In this document: piece by piece, positions 26,701 through 39,800 of the stretch
Layout: the number at the start of each line of letters is the position of its first letter
Position numbering within the stretch: the first letter of the stretch is position 1
Assembly: GCA_964016885.1 (NCBI GenBank)
Contig: OZ024742.1
Span: forward strand, 167,710,001-167,774,000
Length of the DNA: 64,000 bases
Origin: Eledone cirrhosa
Lineage: Eukaryota
Direction of reading: 5' to 3'
Program-made: the position numbers and the translations under genes
Notes under the pieces: model-generated
Database searches by the model: none
What the model was told of the DNA's origin: nothing
The model's input: only the letters and a program-made list of their open reading frames with translations

Positions 26701-29700
26701 AGATAAATTCCAGCCTCCAAGGGGAGATAATTTCCAGCCAGCCAAGGGGAGATAATTTGTAAAAAAATCAGGGGAGATAATTTGTAAAAAAAATCAGGGG
26801 GAGATAATTTGTAAAAAAAAATCAGGGGGAGATAATTTGTAAAAAAAAATCAGGGGGAGATAATTTGTAAAAAAAATCAGGGGGAGATAATTTGTAAAAA
26901 AAAATCAGGGGGAGATAATTTGTAAAAAAAAATCAGGGGGAGATAATTTGTAAAAAAAAATCAGGGGGAGATAATTTGTAAAAAAAATCAAGGGGAGATA
27001 ATTTCCAGCCGTCCAAGGGGAGATAATTTCCAGCCGTCCAAGGGGAGGTAATATCTAGCCGTCCAAGGGGAGATAATTTCCAGCCGTCCAAGAGGAGATA
27101 ATTTCCAGCCGTCCAAGGGTAGATAATATCCAGCTGTCCAAGGAGACATATTTTCCAGCCGTCCAAGGAGAGGTAATTTCTAGCCGTCCAAGGGGAGATA
27201 AATTCCAGCCTCCAAGGGGAGATAATTTGAAAAAAAATCAGGGGGAGATAATTTGTAAAAAAAATCAGGGGGAGATAATTTGTAAAAAAAAATCAGGGGG
27301 AGATAATTTGTAAAAAAATCAGGGGGAGATAATTTGTAAAAAAAAATCAAGGGGAGATAATTTCCAGCCGTCCAAGGGGAGATAATTTTCAGCCGCCCAA
27401 GGGGAGATAATTTCCCGCCAGCCAAGGGAAGATAATATTTAAAAAATCAGGCGGAGATAATTTGTAAAAAAAATCAGGGGGAGATAATTTGTAAAAAAAT
27501 CAGGGGGAGATAATTTGTAAAAAAAAAATCAGGGGGAGATAATTTGTAAAAAAAATCAGGGGGAGATGATTTGTAAAAAAATCAGGGGTAGATAATTTGT
27601 AAAAAAAAATCAGGGGGAGATAATTTGTAAAAAAAAATCAGGGGGAGATAATTTGTAAAAAAAATCAAGAGGAGATAATTTCCAGCCGTCGAAGGGAAGA
27701 TAGTTTCCAGCCCTCCAAGGGGCTATAATTTCCAGCGTCCAAGGGGAGATAATTTCCAGCCAGCGAAGGGGAGATAATTTTTTTAAAAAAATCATTGGGA
27801 GATTTGTAAAAAAAATCAGGGGGAGATAAGTGGTAAAAAAAATCAAGGTGAGATAATTTCCAGCCGTCCAAGGGGAGGTAATATCTAGCCGTCCAAGGGG
27901 AGATAATTTCCAGCCGTCCAAGGGGAGATAATTTCCAGCCGTCCAAGGGTAGATAATATCCAGCCGTCCAAGTAGACATTTTCCAGCCGTCCAAGGAGAG
28001 GTAATTTCTAGCCGTCCAAGGGGAGATAAATTCCAGCCTCCAAGGGGAGATAATTTCCAGCCAGCCAAGGGGAGATAATTTGTAAAAAAATCAGGGGGAG
28101 ATAATTTGTAAAAAAAATCAGGGGGAGATAATTTGTAAAAACAAAATCAAGGGCAGATAATTTCCAGCTGTCCAAGGGGAGATAATTTCCAGCCGTGCAA
28201 GGGGAGATAATTTCCAGCCGTCCAAGGGGAGATAATTTCCCGCCAGCGAAGAGAAGATAATTTTTTAAAAAATCAGGCGGAGATTGTAAAAAAAATCAGG
28301 GGGAGATAATTTGTAAAAAAATCAGGGGGAGATAATTTGTAAAAAAATCAAGGGGAGATAATTTCCAGCTGTCCAAGGGGAGGTAATATCTAGCCGTCCA
28401 AGGGGAGATAATTTCCAGCCGTCCAAGGGGAGATAATTTCCAGCCGTCCAAGGGTAGATAATATCCAGCCGTCCAAGGAGACATATTTTCCAGCCCTCCA
28501 AGGAGAGGTAATTTCTAGCCGTCCAAGTGGAGATAAATTCCAGCCTCCAAGGGGAGATAATTTCCAGCCAGCCAAGGGGAGATAATTTGTAAAAAAATCA
28601 GGGGGAGATAATTTGTAAAAAAAATCAGGGGGAGATAATTTGTACAAAAAATCAGGGGTAGATAATTTGTAAAAAAAAATCAGGGGGAGATAATTTGTAA
28701 AAAGAATCAAGGGGAGATAATTTGCAGCCGTCCAAGGGGAGATAATTTCCCGCCAGCCAAGGGAAGATAATATTTAAAAAAATCAGGCGGATATAATTTG
28801 TAAAAAAAATCAGGGGGAGATAATTTGTAAAAAAATCAGGGGGAGATAATTTGTAAAAAAAAAATCAGGGGGAGATTTGTAAAAAAAATCAGGGGGAGAT
28901 AATTTGTAAAAAAAAATCAGGGGTAGATAATTTGTAAAAAAAAATCAGGGGTAGATAATTTGTAAAAAAAAATCAGGGGGAGATAATTTGTAAAAAAAAT
29001 CAATTGGAGATAATTTCCAGCCGTCCAAGGGGAGATAATTTTCAGCCGTCCAAGGAGAGGTAATTTCTAGACGTCCAAGGGGAGATAATTTCCAGCCGTC
29101 CAATGGGAGATAATTTCCAGCCGTCCAAGGGGAGATAATTTTTAAAAAAAAATCAGGCGGAGATAATTTGTAAAAAAAATCTAGGGGAGATAATTTGCAG
29201 CCGTCCAAGGGGAGATAATTTTCAGTCGTCCAAGGAGAGGTAATTTCTAGCCGTCCAAGGGGAGATAATTTCCAGCCGTCCAAGGGGAGATAATTTCCAG
29301 CCGTCCAAGGGGAGATAATTTTTTTTTAAAAATCAGGCGGAGATAATTTGTAAAAAAAATCAGGGGGAGATAATTTGTACAAAAAATCAGGGGTAGATAA
29401 TTTGTAAAAAAAAATCAGGGGGAGATAATTTGTAAAAAGAATCAAGGGGAGATAATTTGCAGCCGTCCAAGGGGAGATAATTTCCCGCCAGCCAAGGGAA
29501 GATAATATTTAAAAAAATCAGGCGGATATAATTTGTAAAAAAAATCAGGGGGAGATAATTTGTAAAAAAATCAGGGGGAGATAATTTGTAAAAAAAAAAT
29601 CAGGGGGAGATTTGTAAAAAAAATCAGGGGGAGATAATTTGTAAAAAAAAATCAGGGGTAGATAATTTGTAAAAAAAAATCAGGGGTAGATAATTTGTAA

Positions 29701-30420
29701 AAAAAAATCAGGGGGAGATAATTTGTAAAAAAAATCAATTGGAGATAATTTCCAGCCGTCCAAGGGGAGATAATTTTCAGCCGTCCAAGGAGAGGTAATT
29801 TCTAGACGTCCAAGGGGAGATAATTTCCAGCCGTCCAATGGGAGATAATTTCCAGCCGTCCAAGGGGAGATAATTTTTAAAAAAAAATCAGGCGGAGATA
29901 ATTTGTAAAAAAAATCTAGGGGAGATAATTTGCAGCCGTCCAAGGGGAGATAATTTTCAGTCGTCCAAGGAGAGGTAATTTCTAGCCGTCCAAGGGGAGA
30001 TAATTTCCAGCCGTCCAAGGGGAGATAATTTCCAGCCGTCCAAGGGGAGATAATTTTTTTTTAAAAATCAGGCGGAGATAATTTGTAAAAAAAATCAGGG
30101 GGAGATAATTTGTAAAAAAAAATCAGGGGGAGATAATTTGTAAAAAAAAATCAGGGGGAGATAATTTGTAAAAAAAATCAAGGAGAGATAATTTCCAGCC
30201 GTCCAAGGGAAGATAATTTCAAGCCCTCCAAGGGGCTATAATTTCCAGTGTCCAAGGGGAGATAATTTCCAGCCAGCGAAGGGGAGATAATTTTTTTTTA
30301 AAAATCAGGGGGAGATTTGTAAAAAAAATCAGGGGGAGATAATTTGTAAAAAAAATCAAGGGGAGATAATTTCCAGCCGTCGAAGGAAAGATAATTTCCA
30401 GCCCTCCAAGGGGCTATAAT
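23771..30420 (+). repeat. ~9-kb higher-order repeat, copy 4, partial, with a ~1.7-kb deletion and a 735-bp duplication
   Basis: Offsets to copy 1 are 23,770 (616->24386) and 23,741 (3869->27610), then 22,047 (6249->28296). The tail follows copy 3 (TTTTCAGTCGTCC, TTTCAAGCCCTCC variants). The right end is approximate. Confidence 0.8.
28604..30113 (+). repeat. 735-bp tandem duplication
   Basis: Identical ORFs at 28945 and 29680. Markers GTACAAAAAA (28642/29377), GCGGATATAA and TCTAGGGG all recur at offset 735. Confidence 0.92.
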
Positions 30421-30896
30421 TTCCAGCGTCCAAGGGGAGATAATTTCCAGCCAGCGAAGGGAAGATAATTTTTTAAAAAAAATCATTGGGAGATTTGTAA
30501 AAAAAATCAGGGAGAGATAATTTGTAAAAAAAATCAAGGGGAGATAATTTCCAGCCGTCCAAGGGGAGGTAATATCTAGCCGTCCAAGGGGAGATAATTT
30601 CCAGCCGTCCAAGGGGAGATAATTTCCAGCCGTCCAAGGGTAGATAATATCCAGCCGTCCAAGTAGACATTTTCCAGCCGTCCAAGGAGAGGTAATTTCT
30701 AGCCGTCCAAGGGGAGATAAATTCCAGCCTCCAAGGGGAGATAATTTCCAGCCAGCCAAGGGGAGATAATTTGTAAAAAAATCAGGGGGAGATAATTTGT
30801 AAAAAAAATCAGGGGGAGATAATTTGTAAAAAAAAATCAGGGGGAGATAATTTGTAAAAAAAAATCAGGGGGAGATAATTTGTAAAAAAAAATCAG

Positions 30897-33800
30897 GGGG
30901 AGATAATTTCCAGCCGTCCAAGGGGAGATAATTTTCAGCCGTCCAAGGGGAGATAATTTCCAGCCGTCCAAGGGGAGATAATTTCCATCCTTCCAAGGGG
31001 AGATAATTTCCAGCCGTCCAAGGGGAGATAATTTCCCGCCAACCAAGGGAAGATAATTTTTAAAAAAATCAGGCGGAGATTGTAAAAAAAATCAGGGGGA
31101 GATAATTTGTAAAAAAATCAGGGGGAGATAATTTGTAAAAAAAAATCAGGGGAAGATAATTTGTACAAAAAATCAGGGGTATATAATTTGTAAAAAAAAA
31201 TCAGGGGAAGATAATTTGTAAAAAAAAATCAGGGGGAGATAATTTGTAAAAAAAATCAAGGGGAGATAATTTGCAGCCGTCCAAGGAGAGATAATTTTCA
31301 GCCGTCCAAGGAGAGGTAATTTCTAGCCGTCCAAGGTGAGATAATATCCAGCCGTCCAAGGGGAGATAATTTCCAGCCGTCCAAGGGGAGATAATTTAAA
31401 AAAAAAAACAGGCGAAGATAATTTGTAAAAAAAAATCAGGGGGAGGTAATTTGTAAAAAAAATCAAGGGGAGATAATTTCCAGCCGTCCAAGGGAAGATA
31501 ATTTCCAGCCCTCCAAGGGGCTATAATTTCCAGCGTCCAAGGGGAGATAATTTCCAGCCAGCGAAAGGGGAGATAATTTTTTTTTTTTTAAATCAGGGGA
31601 ACATAATTTGTAAAAAAAATCAGGGGGAGATAATTTGTAAAAAAAATCAAGGGGAGATAATTTGTAAAAAAAAATCAGGGGGAGATAATTTGTAAAAAAA
31701 AATCAGGGGGAGATAATTTGTAAAAAAAATCAAGGGGAGATAATTTGTAAAAAAAAATCAAGGGGAGATAATTTCCAGCCGTCCAAGGGGAGATAATTTT
31801 CAGCCGTCCAAGGGGAGATAATTTCCCGCCAGCCAAGGAAAGATAATATTTAAAAAAATCAGGCGGAGATAATTTGTAAAAAAAATCAGGGGGAGATAAT
31901 TTGTAAAAAAATCAGGGGGAGATAATTTGTAAAAAAAAAATCAGGGGTAGATAATTTGTAAAAAAAAATCAGGGGGAGATAATTTGTAAAAAAAAATCAG
32001 GGGGAGATAATTTGTAAAAAAAATCAATTGGAGATAATTTCCAGCCGTCCAAGGGGAGATAATTTTCAGCCGTCCAAGGAGAGGTAATTTCTAGACGTCC
32101 AAGGGGAGAAAATTTCCAGCCGTCCAAGGGGAGATAATTTCCAGCCGTCCAAGGGTAGATAATATCCAGCCGTCCAAGGAGACATATTTTCCAGCTTTCC
32201 AAGGAGAGGTAATTTCTATCCGTCCAAGGGGAGATAAATTCCAGCCTCCAAGGGGAGATAATTTCCAGCCAGCCAAGGGGAGATAATTTGTAAAAAAATC
32301 AGGGGGAGATAATTTGTAAAAAAAATCAGGGGGAGATAATTTGTAAAAAAAATCAGGGGGAGATAATTTGTAAAAAAAATCAGGGGGAGATAATTTGTAA
32401 AAAAAATCAAGGGGAGATAATTTCCAGCCGTCCAAGGGGAGATAATTTTCAGCCGTCCAAGGGGAGATAATTTCCCGCCAGCCAAGGGAAGATAATATTT
32501 AAAAAATGAGGCGGAGATAATTTGTAAAAAAAATCAGGGGGAGATAATTTGTAAAAAAATCAGGGGGAGATAATTTGTAAAAAAAAAATCAGGGGGAGAT
32601 AATTTGTAAAAAAAATCAGGGGGAGATAATTTGTAAAAAAAAATCAGGGGTAGATAATTTGTAAAAAAAAATCAGGGGGAGATAATTTGTAAAAAAAATC
32701 AGGGGGAGATAATTTGTAAAAAAAATCAAGGGGAGATAATTTCCAGCCGTCCAAGGGAAGATAATTTCAAGCCCTCCAAGGGGCTATAATTTCCAGTGTC
32801 CAAGGGGAGATAATTTCCAGCCAGCGAAGGGGAGATAATTTTTTTTTAAAAATCAGGGGGAGATTTGTAAAAAAAATCAGGGGGAGATAATTTGTAAAAA
32901 AAATCAAAGGGAGATAATTTCCAGCCGTCCAAAGAGAGATAATTTCTAGCCGTCCAAGGGGAGATAATTTCGAGCCAAGGGGAGATAATTTCCAGCCGTC
33001 CAAGGGGAGATAATTTTTTAAAAAATCAGGTGGAGATAATTTGTAAAAAAAATCAGGGGGAGATAATTTGTAAAAACAAAATCAAGGGCAGATAATTTCC
33101 AGCTGTCCAAGGGGAGATAATTTCCAGCCGTACAAGGGGAGATAATTTCCAGCCGTCCAAGGGGAGATAATTTCCATCCTTCCAAGGGGAGATAATTTCC
33201 AGCCGTCCAAGGGGAGATAATTTCCCGCCAGCCAAGGGAAGATAATTTTTTAAAAAATCAGGCGGAGATTGTAAAAAAAATCAGGGGGAGATAATTTGTA
33301 AAAAAAATCAAGGGGAGATAATTTCCAGCCGTCCAAGGGGAGATAATTTCCAGCCGTCCAAGGGGAGATAAATTTTTTAAAAAAAATCAGGCGGAGATAA
33401 TTTGTAAAAAAAATCAGGGGGAGATAATTTGTAAAAAAAAATCAGGGGGAGATAATTTGTAAAAAAAATCAGGGGGAGATAATTTCCAGCCGTCCAAGGT
33501 AAGATAATTTCCAGTCCTCCAAGGGGCTATAATTTCCAGCATCCAAGGGGAGATAATTTCCAGCCGTCCAAGGGTAGATAATATCCAGCCGTCAAAGTAG
33601 ACATATTTTCCAGCCGTCCAAGGAGAGGTAATTTCTAGCCGTCCAAGGGGAGATAAATTCCAGCCTCCAAGGGGAGATAATTTCCAGCCAGCCAAGGGGA
33701 GATAATTTGTAAAAAAATCAGGGGGAGATAATTTGTAAAAAAAATCAGGGGGAGATAATTTGTAAAAAAAAATCAGGGGGAGATAATTTGTAAAAAAAAA

Positions 33801-36800
33801 TCAGGGGGAGATAATTTCCAGCCGTCCAAGGGGAGATAATTATCAGCCGTCCAAGGGTAGATAATATCCAGCCGTCCAAGTAGACATTTTCCAGCCGTCC
33901 AAGGAGAGGTAATTTCTAGCCGTCCAAGGGGAGATAAATTCCAGCCTCCAAGGGGAGATAATTTCCAGCCAGCCAAGAAGAGATAATTTGTAAAAAAAAA
34001 TCAGGGGGAGATAATTTGTAAAAAAAAATCAGGGGGAGATAATTTGTAAAAAAAAATCAGGGGGAGATAATTTGTAAAAAAAATCAAGGGGAGATAATTT
34101 CCAGCCGTCCAAGGGGAGATAATTTTCAGCCGTCCAAGGGGAGATAATTTCCAGCCGTCCAAGGGGAGATAATTTCCATCCTTCCAAGGGGAGATAATTT
34201 CCAGCCTTCCAAGGGGAGATAATTTTCAGCCGTCCAAGGGGAGATGATTTCCCGCCAGCCAAGGGAAGATAATATTTTAAAAAATCAGGCGGAGACAATT
34301 TGTAAAAAAAATCAGGGGGAGATAATTTGTAAAAAAATCAGGGGGAGATAATTTGTAAAAAAAAAATCAGGGGGAGATAATTTGTAAAAAAAATCAGGGG
34401 GAGATAATTTGTAAAAAAAAATCAGGGGTAGATAATTTGTAAAAAAAAATCAGGGGGAGATAATTTGTAAAAAAAAATCAGGGGGAGATAATTTGTAAAA
34501 AAAATCAAGGGGAGATAATTTCCAGCCGTCCAAGGAGAGATAATTTTAAAAAAAATCAGGCGGAGATAATTTGTAAAAAAAATCAAGGGGAGATAATTTG
34601 TAAAAAAAAATCAGGGGGAGATAATTTGTAAAAAAAATCAAGGGGAGATAATTTCCAGCCGTCCAAGGGAAGATAATTTCCAGCACTCCAAGGGGCTATA
34701 ATTTCCAGTGTCCAAGGGGAGATAATTTCCAGCCAGCGAAGGGGAGATAATTTTTTTTAAAAAATCAGGGGGAGATATGTAAAAAAAATCAGAGGGAGAT
34801 AATTTCTAAAAAAAATCAAAGGGAGATAATTTCCAGCCGTCCAAAGAGAGATAATTTCTAGCCGTCCAAGGGGAGATAATTTCCAGCTAAGGGAAGATAA
34901 TTTCCAGCCGTCCAAGGGGAGATAATTATTTAAAAAATCAGGTGGAGATAATTTGTAAAAAAAATCAGGGGGAGATAATTTGTAAAAACAAAATCAAGGG
35001 CAGATAATTTCCAGCTGTCCAAGGGGAGATAATTTCCAGCCGTGCAAGGGGAGATAATTTCCAGCCGTCCAAGGGGAGATAATTTCCATCCTTCCAAGGG
35101 GAGATAATCTCCAGCCGTCCAAGGGGAGATAATTTCCCGCCAGCCAAGGGAAGATAATTTTTAAAAAAATCAGGCGGAGATTGTAAAAAAAATCAGGGGG
35201 AGATAATTTGTAAAAAAATCAGGGGGAGATAATTTGTAAAAAAAAAATCAGGGGAGATAATTTGTAAAAAAAAATCAGGGGGAGATAATTTGTAAAAAAA
35301 AAATCAGGGGGAGATAATTTGTAAAAAAAAATCAGGGGGAGATAATTTGTAAAAAAAAATCAAGGGGAGATAATTTGTAAAAAAAATCAGGGGGAGATAA
35401 TTAGTAAAAAAATCAAGGGGAGATAATTTCCAGCCGTCCAAGGGGAGGTAATATCTAGCCGTCCAAGGGGAGATAATTTCCAGCCGTCCAAGGGGAGATA
35501 ATTTCCAGCCGTCCAAGGGCAGATAATATCCAGCCGTCCAAGTAGACATATTTTCCAGCCGTCCAAGGAGAGGTAATTTCTAGCCGTCCAAGGGGAGATA
35601 AATTCCAGCCTCCAAGGGGAGATAATTTCCAGCCAGCTAAGGGGAGATAATTTGTAAAAAAATCAGGGGGAGATAATTTGTAAAAAAAATCAGGGGGAGA
35701 TGATTTGTAAAAAAAAATCAGGGGGAGATAATTTGTAAAAAAAATCAGGGGGAGATAATTTGTAAAAAAAAATCAGGGGGTGATAATTTGTAAAAAAAAA
35801 TCAGGGGGAGATAATTTGTAAAAAAAAATCAGGGGGAGATAATTTGTAAAAAAAATCAAGGGGAGATAATTTCCAGCCGTCCAAGGGGAGATAATTTCCA
35901 GCCGTCCAAGGGGAGGTAATATCTAGCCGTCCAAGGGGAGATAATTTCCAGCCGTCCAAGAGGAGATAATTTCCAGCCGTCCAAGGGAAGATAATTTCAA
36001 GCCCTCCAAGGGGCTATAATTTCCAGTGTCCAAGGGGAGATAATTTCCAGCCAGCGAAGGGGAGATAATTTTTTTTTAAAAATCAGGGGGAGATTTGTAA
36101 AAAAAATCAGGGGGAGATAATTTGTAAAAAAAATCAAGGGGAGATAATTTCCAGCCGTCGAAGGGAAGATAATTTCCAGCCCTCCAAGGGGCTATAATTT
36201 CCAGCGTCCAAGGGGAGATAATTTCCAGCCAGCGAAGGGGAGATAATTTTTTTAAAAAAATCATTGGGAGATTTGTAAAAAAAATCAGGGAGAGATAATT
36301 TGTAAAAAAAATCAAGGGGAGATAATTTCCAGCCGTCCAAGGGGAGGTAATATCTAGCCGTCCAAGGGGAGATAATTTCCAGCCGTCCAAGGGGAGATAA
36401 TTTCCAGCCGTCCAAGGGTAGATAATATCCAGCCGTCGAAGTAGACATTTTCCAGCCGTCCAAGGAGAGGTAATTTCTAGCCGTCCAAGGGGAGATAAAT
36501 TCCAGCCTCCAAGGGGAGATAATTTCCAGCCAGCCAAGGGGAGATAATTTGTAAAAAAATCAGGGGGAGATAATTTGTAAAAAAAATCAGGGGGAGATAA
36601 TTTGTAAAAAAAATCAGGGGGAGATAATTTGTAAAAAAAAATCAGGGGGAGATAATTTGTAAAAAAAAATCAGGGGGAGATAATTTGTAAAAAAAATCAA
36701 GGGGAGATAATTTCCAGCCGTCCAAGGGGAGATAATTTTCAGCCGTCCAAGGGGAGATAATTTCCAGCCGTCCAAGGGGAGATAATTTCCAGCCGTCCAA

Positions 36801-39800
36801 GGGGAGATAATTTCCAGCCGTCCAAGGGGAGATAGTTTTTTTAAAAAAATCAGGCGGAGATAATTTGTAAAAAAAAAATCAGGGGGAGATAATTTGTAAA
36901 AAAAAATCAGGGGGAGATAATTTGTAAAAAAAAATCAAGGGGAGATAATTTGTAAAAAAAATCAGGGGGAGATAATTAGTAAAAAAATCAAGGGGAGATA
37001 ATTTCCAGCCGTCCAAGGGGAGGTAATATCTAGCCGTCCAAGGGGAGATAATTTCCAGCCGTCCAAGGGGAGATAATTTTCAGCCGTCCAAGGGGAGATA
37101 ATTTCCAGCCGTCCAAGGGGAGATAATTTCCATCCTTCCAAGGGGAGATAATTTCCAGCCGTCCAAGGGGAGATAATTTCCCGCCAACCAAGGGAAGATA
37201 ATTTTTAAAAAAATCAGGCGGAGATTGTAAAAAAAATCAGGGGGAGATAATTTGTAAAAAAATCAGGGGGAGATAATTTGTAAAAAAAAATCAGGGGAAG
37301 ATAATTTGTACAAAAAATCAGGGGTATATAATTTGTAAAAAAAAATCAGGGGAAGATAATTTGTAAAAAAAAATCAGGGGGAGATAATTTGTAAAAAAAA
37401 TCAAGGGGAGATAATTTGCAGCCGTCCAAGGAGAGATAATTTTCAGCCGTCCAAGGAGAGGTAATTTCTAGCCGTCCAAGGTGAGATAATATCCAGCCGT
37501 CCAAGGGGAGATAATTTCCAGCCGTCCAAGGGGAGATAATTTAAAAAAAAAAACAGGCGAAGATAATTTGTAAAAAAAAATCAGGGGGAGGTAATTTGTA
37601 AAAAAAATCAAGGGGAGATAATTTCCAGCCGTCCAAGGGAAGATAATTTCCAGCCCTCCAAGGGGCTATAATTTCCAGCGTCCAAGGGGAGATAATTTCC
37701 AGCCAGCGAAAGGGGAGATAATTTTTTTTTTTTTAAATCAGGGGAACATAATTTGTAAAAAAAATCAGGGGGAGATAATTTGTAAAAAAAATCAAGGGGA
37801 GATAATTTGTAAAAAAAAATCAGGGGGAGATAATTTGTAAAAAAAAATCAGGGGGAGATAATTTGTAAAAAAAATCAAGGGGAGATAATTTGTAAAAAAA
37901 AATCAAGGGGAGATAATTTCCAGCCGTCCAAGGGGAGATAATTTTCAGCCGTCCAAGGGGAGATAATTTCCCGCCAGCCAAGGAAAGATAATATTTAAAA
38001 AAATCAGGCGGAGATAATTTGTAAAAAAAATCAGGGGGAGATAATTTGTAAAAAAATCAGGGGGAGATAATTTGTAAAAAAAAAATCAGGGGTAGATAAT
38101 TTGTAAAAAAAAATCAGGGGGAGATAATTTGTAAAAAAAAATCAGGGGGAGATAATTTGTAAAAAAAATCAATTGGAGATAATTTCCAGCCGTCCAAGGG
38201 GAGATAATTTTCAGCCGTCCAAGGAGAGGTAATTTCTAGACGTCCAAGGGGAGAAAATTTCCAGCCGTCCAAGGGGAGATAATTTCCAGCCGTCCAAGGG
38301 TAGATAATATCCAGCCGTCCAAGGAGACATATTTTCCAGCTTTCCAAGGAGAGGTAATTTCTATCCGTCCAAGGGGAGATAAATTCCAGCCTCCAAGGGG
38401 AGATAATTTCCAGCCAGCCAAGGGGAGATAATTTGTAAAAAAATCAGGGGGAGATAATTTGTAAAAAAAATCAGGGGGAGATAATTTGTAAAAAAAATCA
38501 GGGGGAGATAATTTGTAAAAAAAATCAGGGGGAGATAATTTGTAAAAAAAATCAAGGGGAGATAATTTCCAGCCGTCCAAGGGGAGATAATTTTCAGCCG
38601 TCCAAGGGGAGATAATTTCCCGCCAGCCAAGGGAAGATAATATTTAAAAAATGAGGCGGAGATAATTTGTAAAAAAAATCAGGGGGAGATAATTTGTAAA
38701 AAAATCAGGGGGAGATAATTTGTAAAAAAAAAATCAGGGGGAGATAATTTGTAAAAAAAATCAGGGGGAGATAATTTGTAAAAAAAAATCAGGGGTAGAT
38801 AATTTGTAAAAAAAAATCAGGGGGAGATAATTTGTAAAAAAAATCAGGGGGAGATAATTTGTAAAAAAAATCAAGGGGAGATAATTTCCAGCCGTCCAAG
38901 GGAAGATAATTTCAAGCCCTCCAAGGGGCTATAATTTCCAGTGTCCAAGGGGAGATAATTTCCAGCCAGCGAAGGGGAGATAATTTTTTTTTAAAAATCA
39001 GGGGGAGATTTGTAAAAAAAATCAGGGGGAGATAATTTGTAAAAAAAATCAAAGGGAGATAATTTCCAGCCGTCCAAAGAGAGATAATTTCTAGCCGTCC
39101 AAGGGGAGATAATTTCGAGCCAAGGGGAGATAATTTCCAGCCGTCCAAGGGGAGATAATTTTTTAAAAAATCAGGTGGAGATAATTTGTAAAAAAAATCA
39201 GGGGGAGATAATTTGTAAAAACAAAATCAAGGGCAGATAATTTCCAGCTGTCCAAGGGGAGATAATTTCCAGCCGTACAAGGGGAGATAATTTCCAGCCG
39301 TCCAAGGGGAGATAATTTCCATCCTTCCAAGGGGAGATAATTTCCAGCCGTCCAAGGGGAGATAATTTCCCGCCAGCCAAGGGAAGATAATTTTTTAAAA
39401 AATCAGGCGGAGATTGTAAAAAAAATCAGGGGGAGATAATTTGTAAAAAAAATCAAGGGGAGATAATTTCCAGCCGTCCAAGGGGAGATAATTTCCAGCC
39501 GTCCAAGGGGAGATAAATTTTTTAAAAAAAATCAGGCGGAGATAATTTGTAAAAAAAATCAGGGGGAGATAATTTGTAAAAAAAAATCAGGGGGAGATAA
39601 TTTGTAAAAAAAATCAGGGGGAGATAATTTCCAGCCGTCCAAGGTAAGATAATTTCCAGTCCTCCAAGGGGCTATAATTTCCAGCATCCAAGGGGAGATA
39701 ATTTCCAGCCGTCCAAGGGTAGATAATATCCAGCCGTCAAAGTAGACATATTTTCCAGCCGTCCAAGGAGAGGTAATTTCTAGCCGTCCAAGGGGAGATA

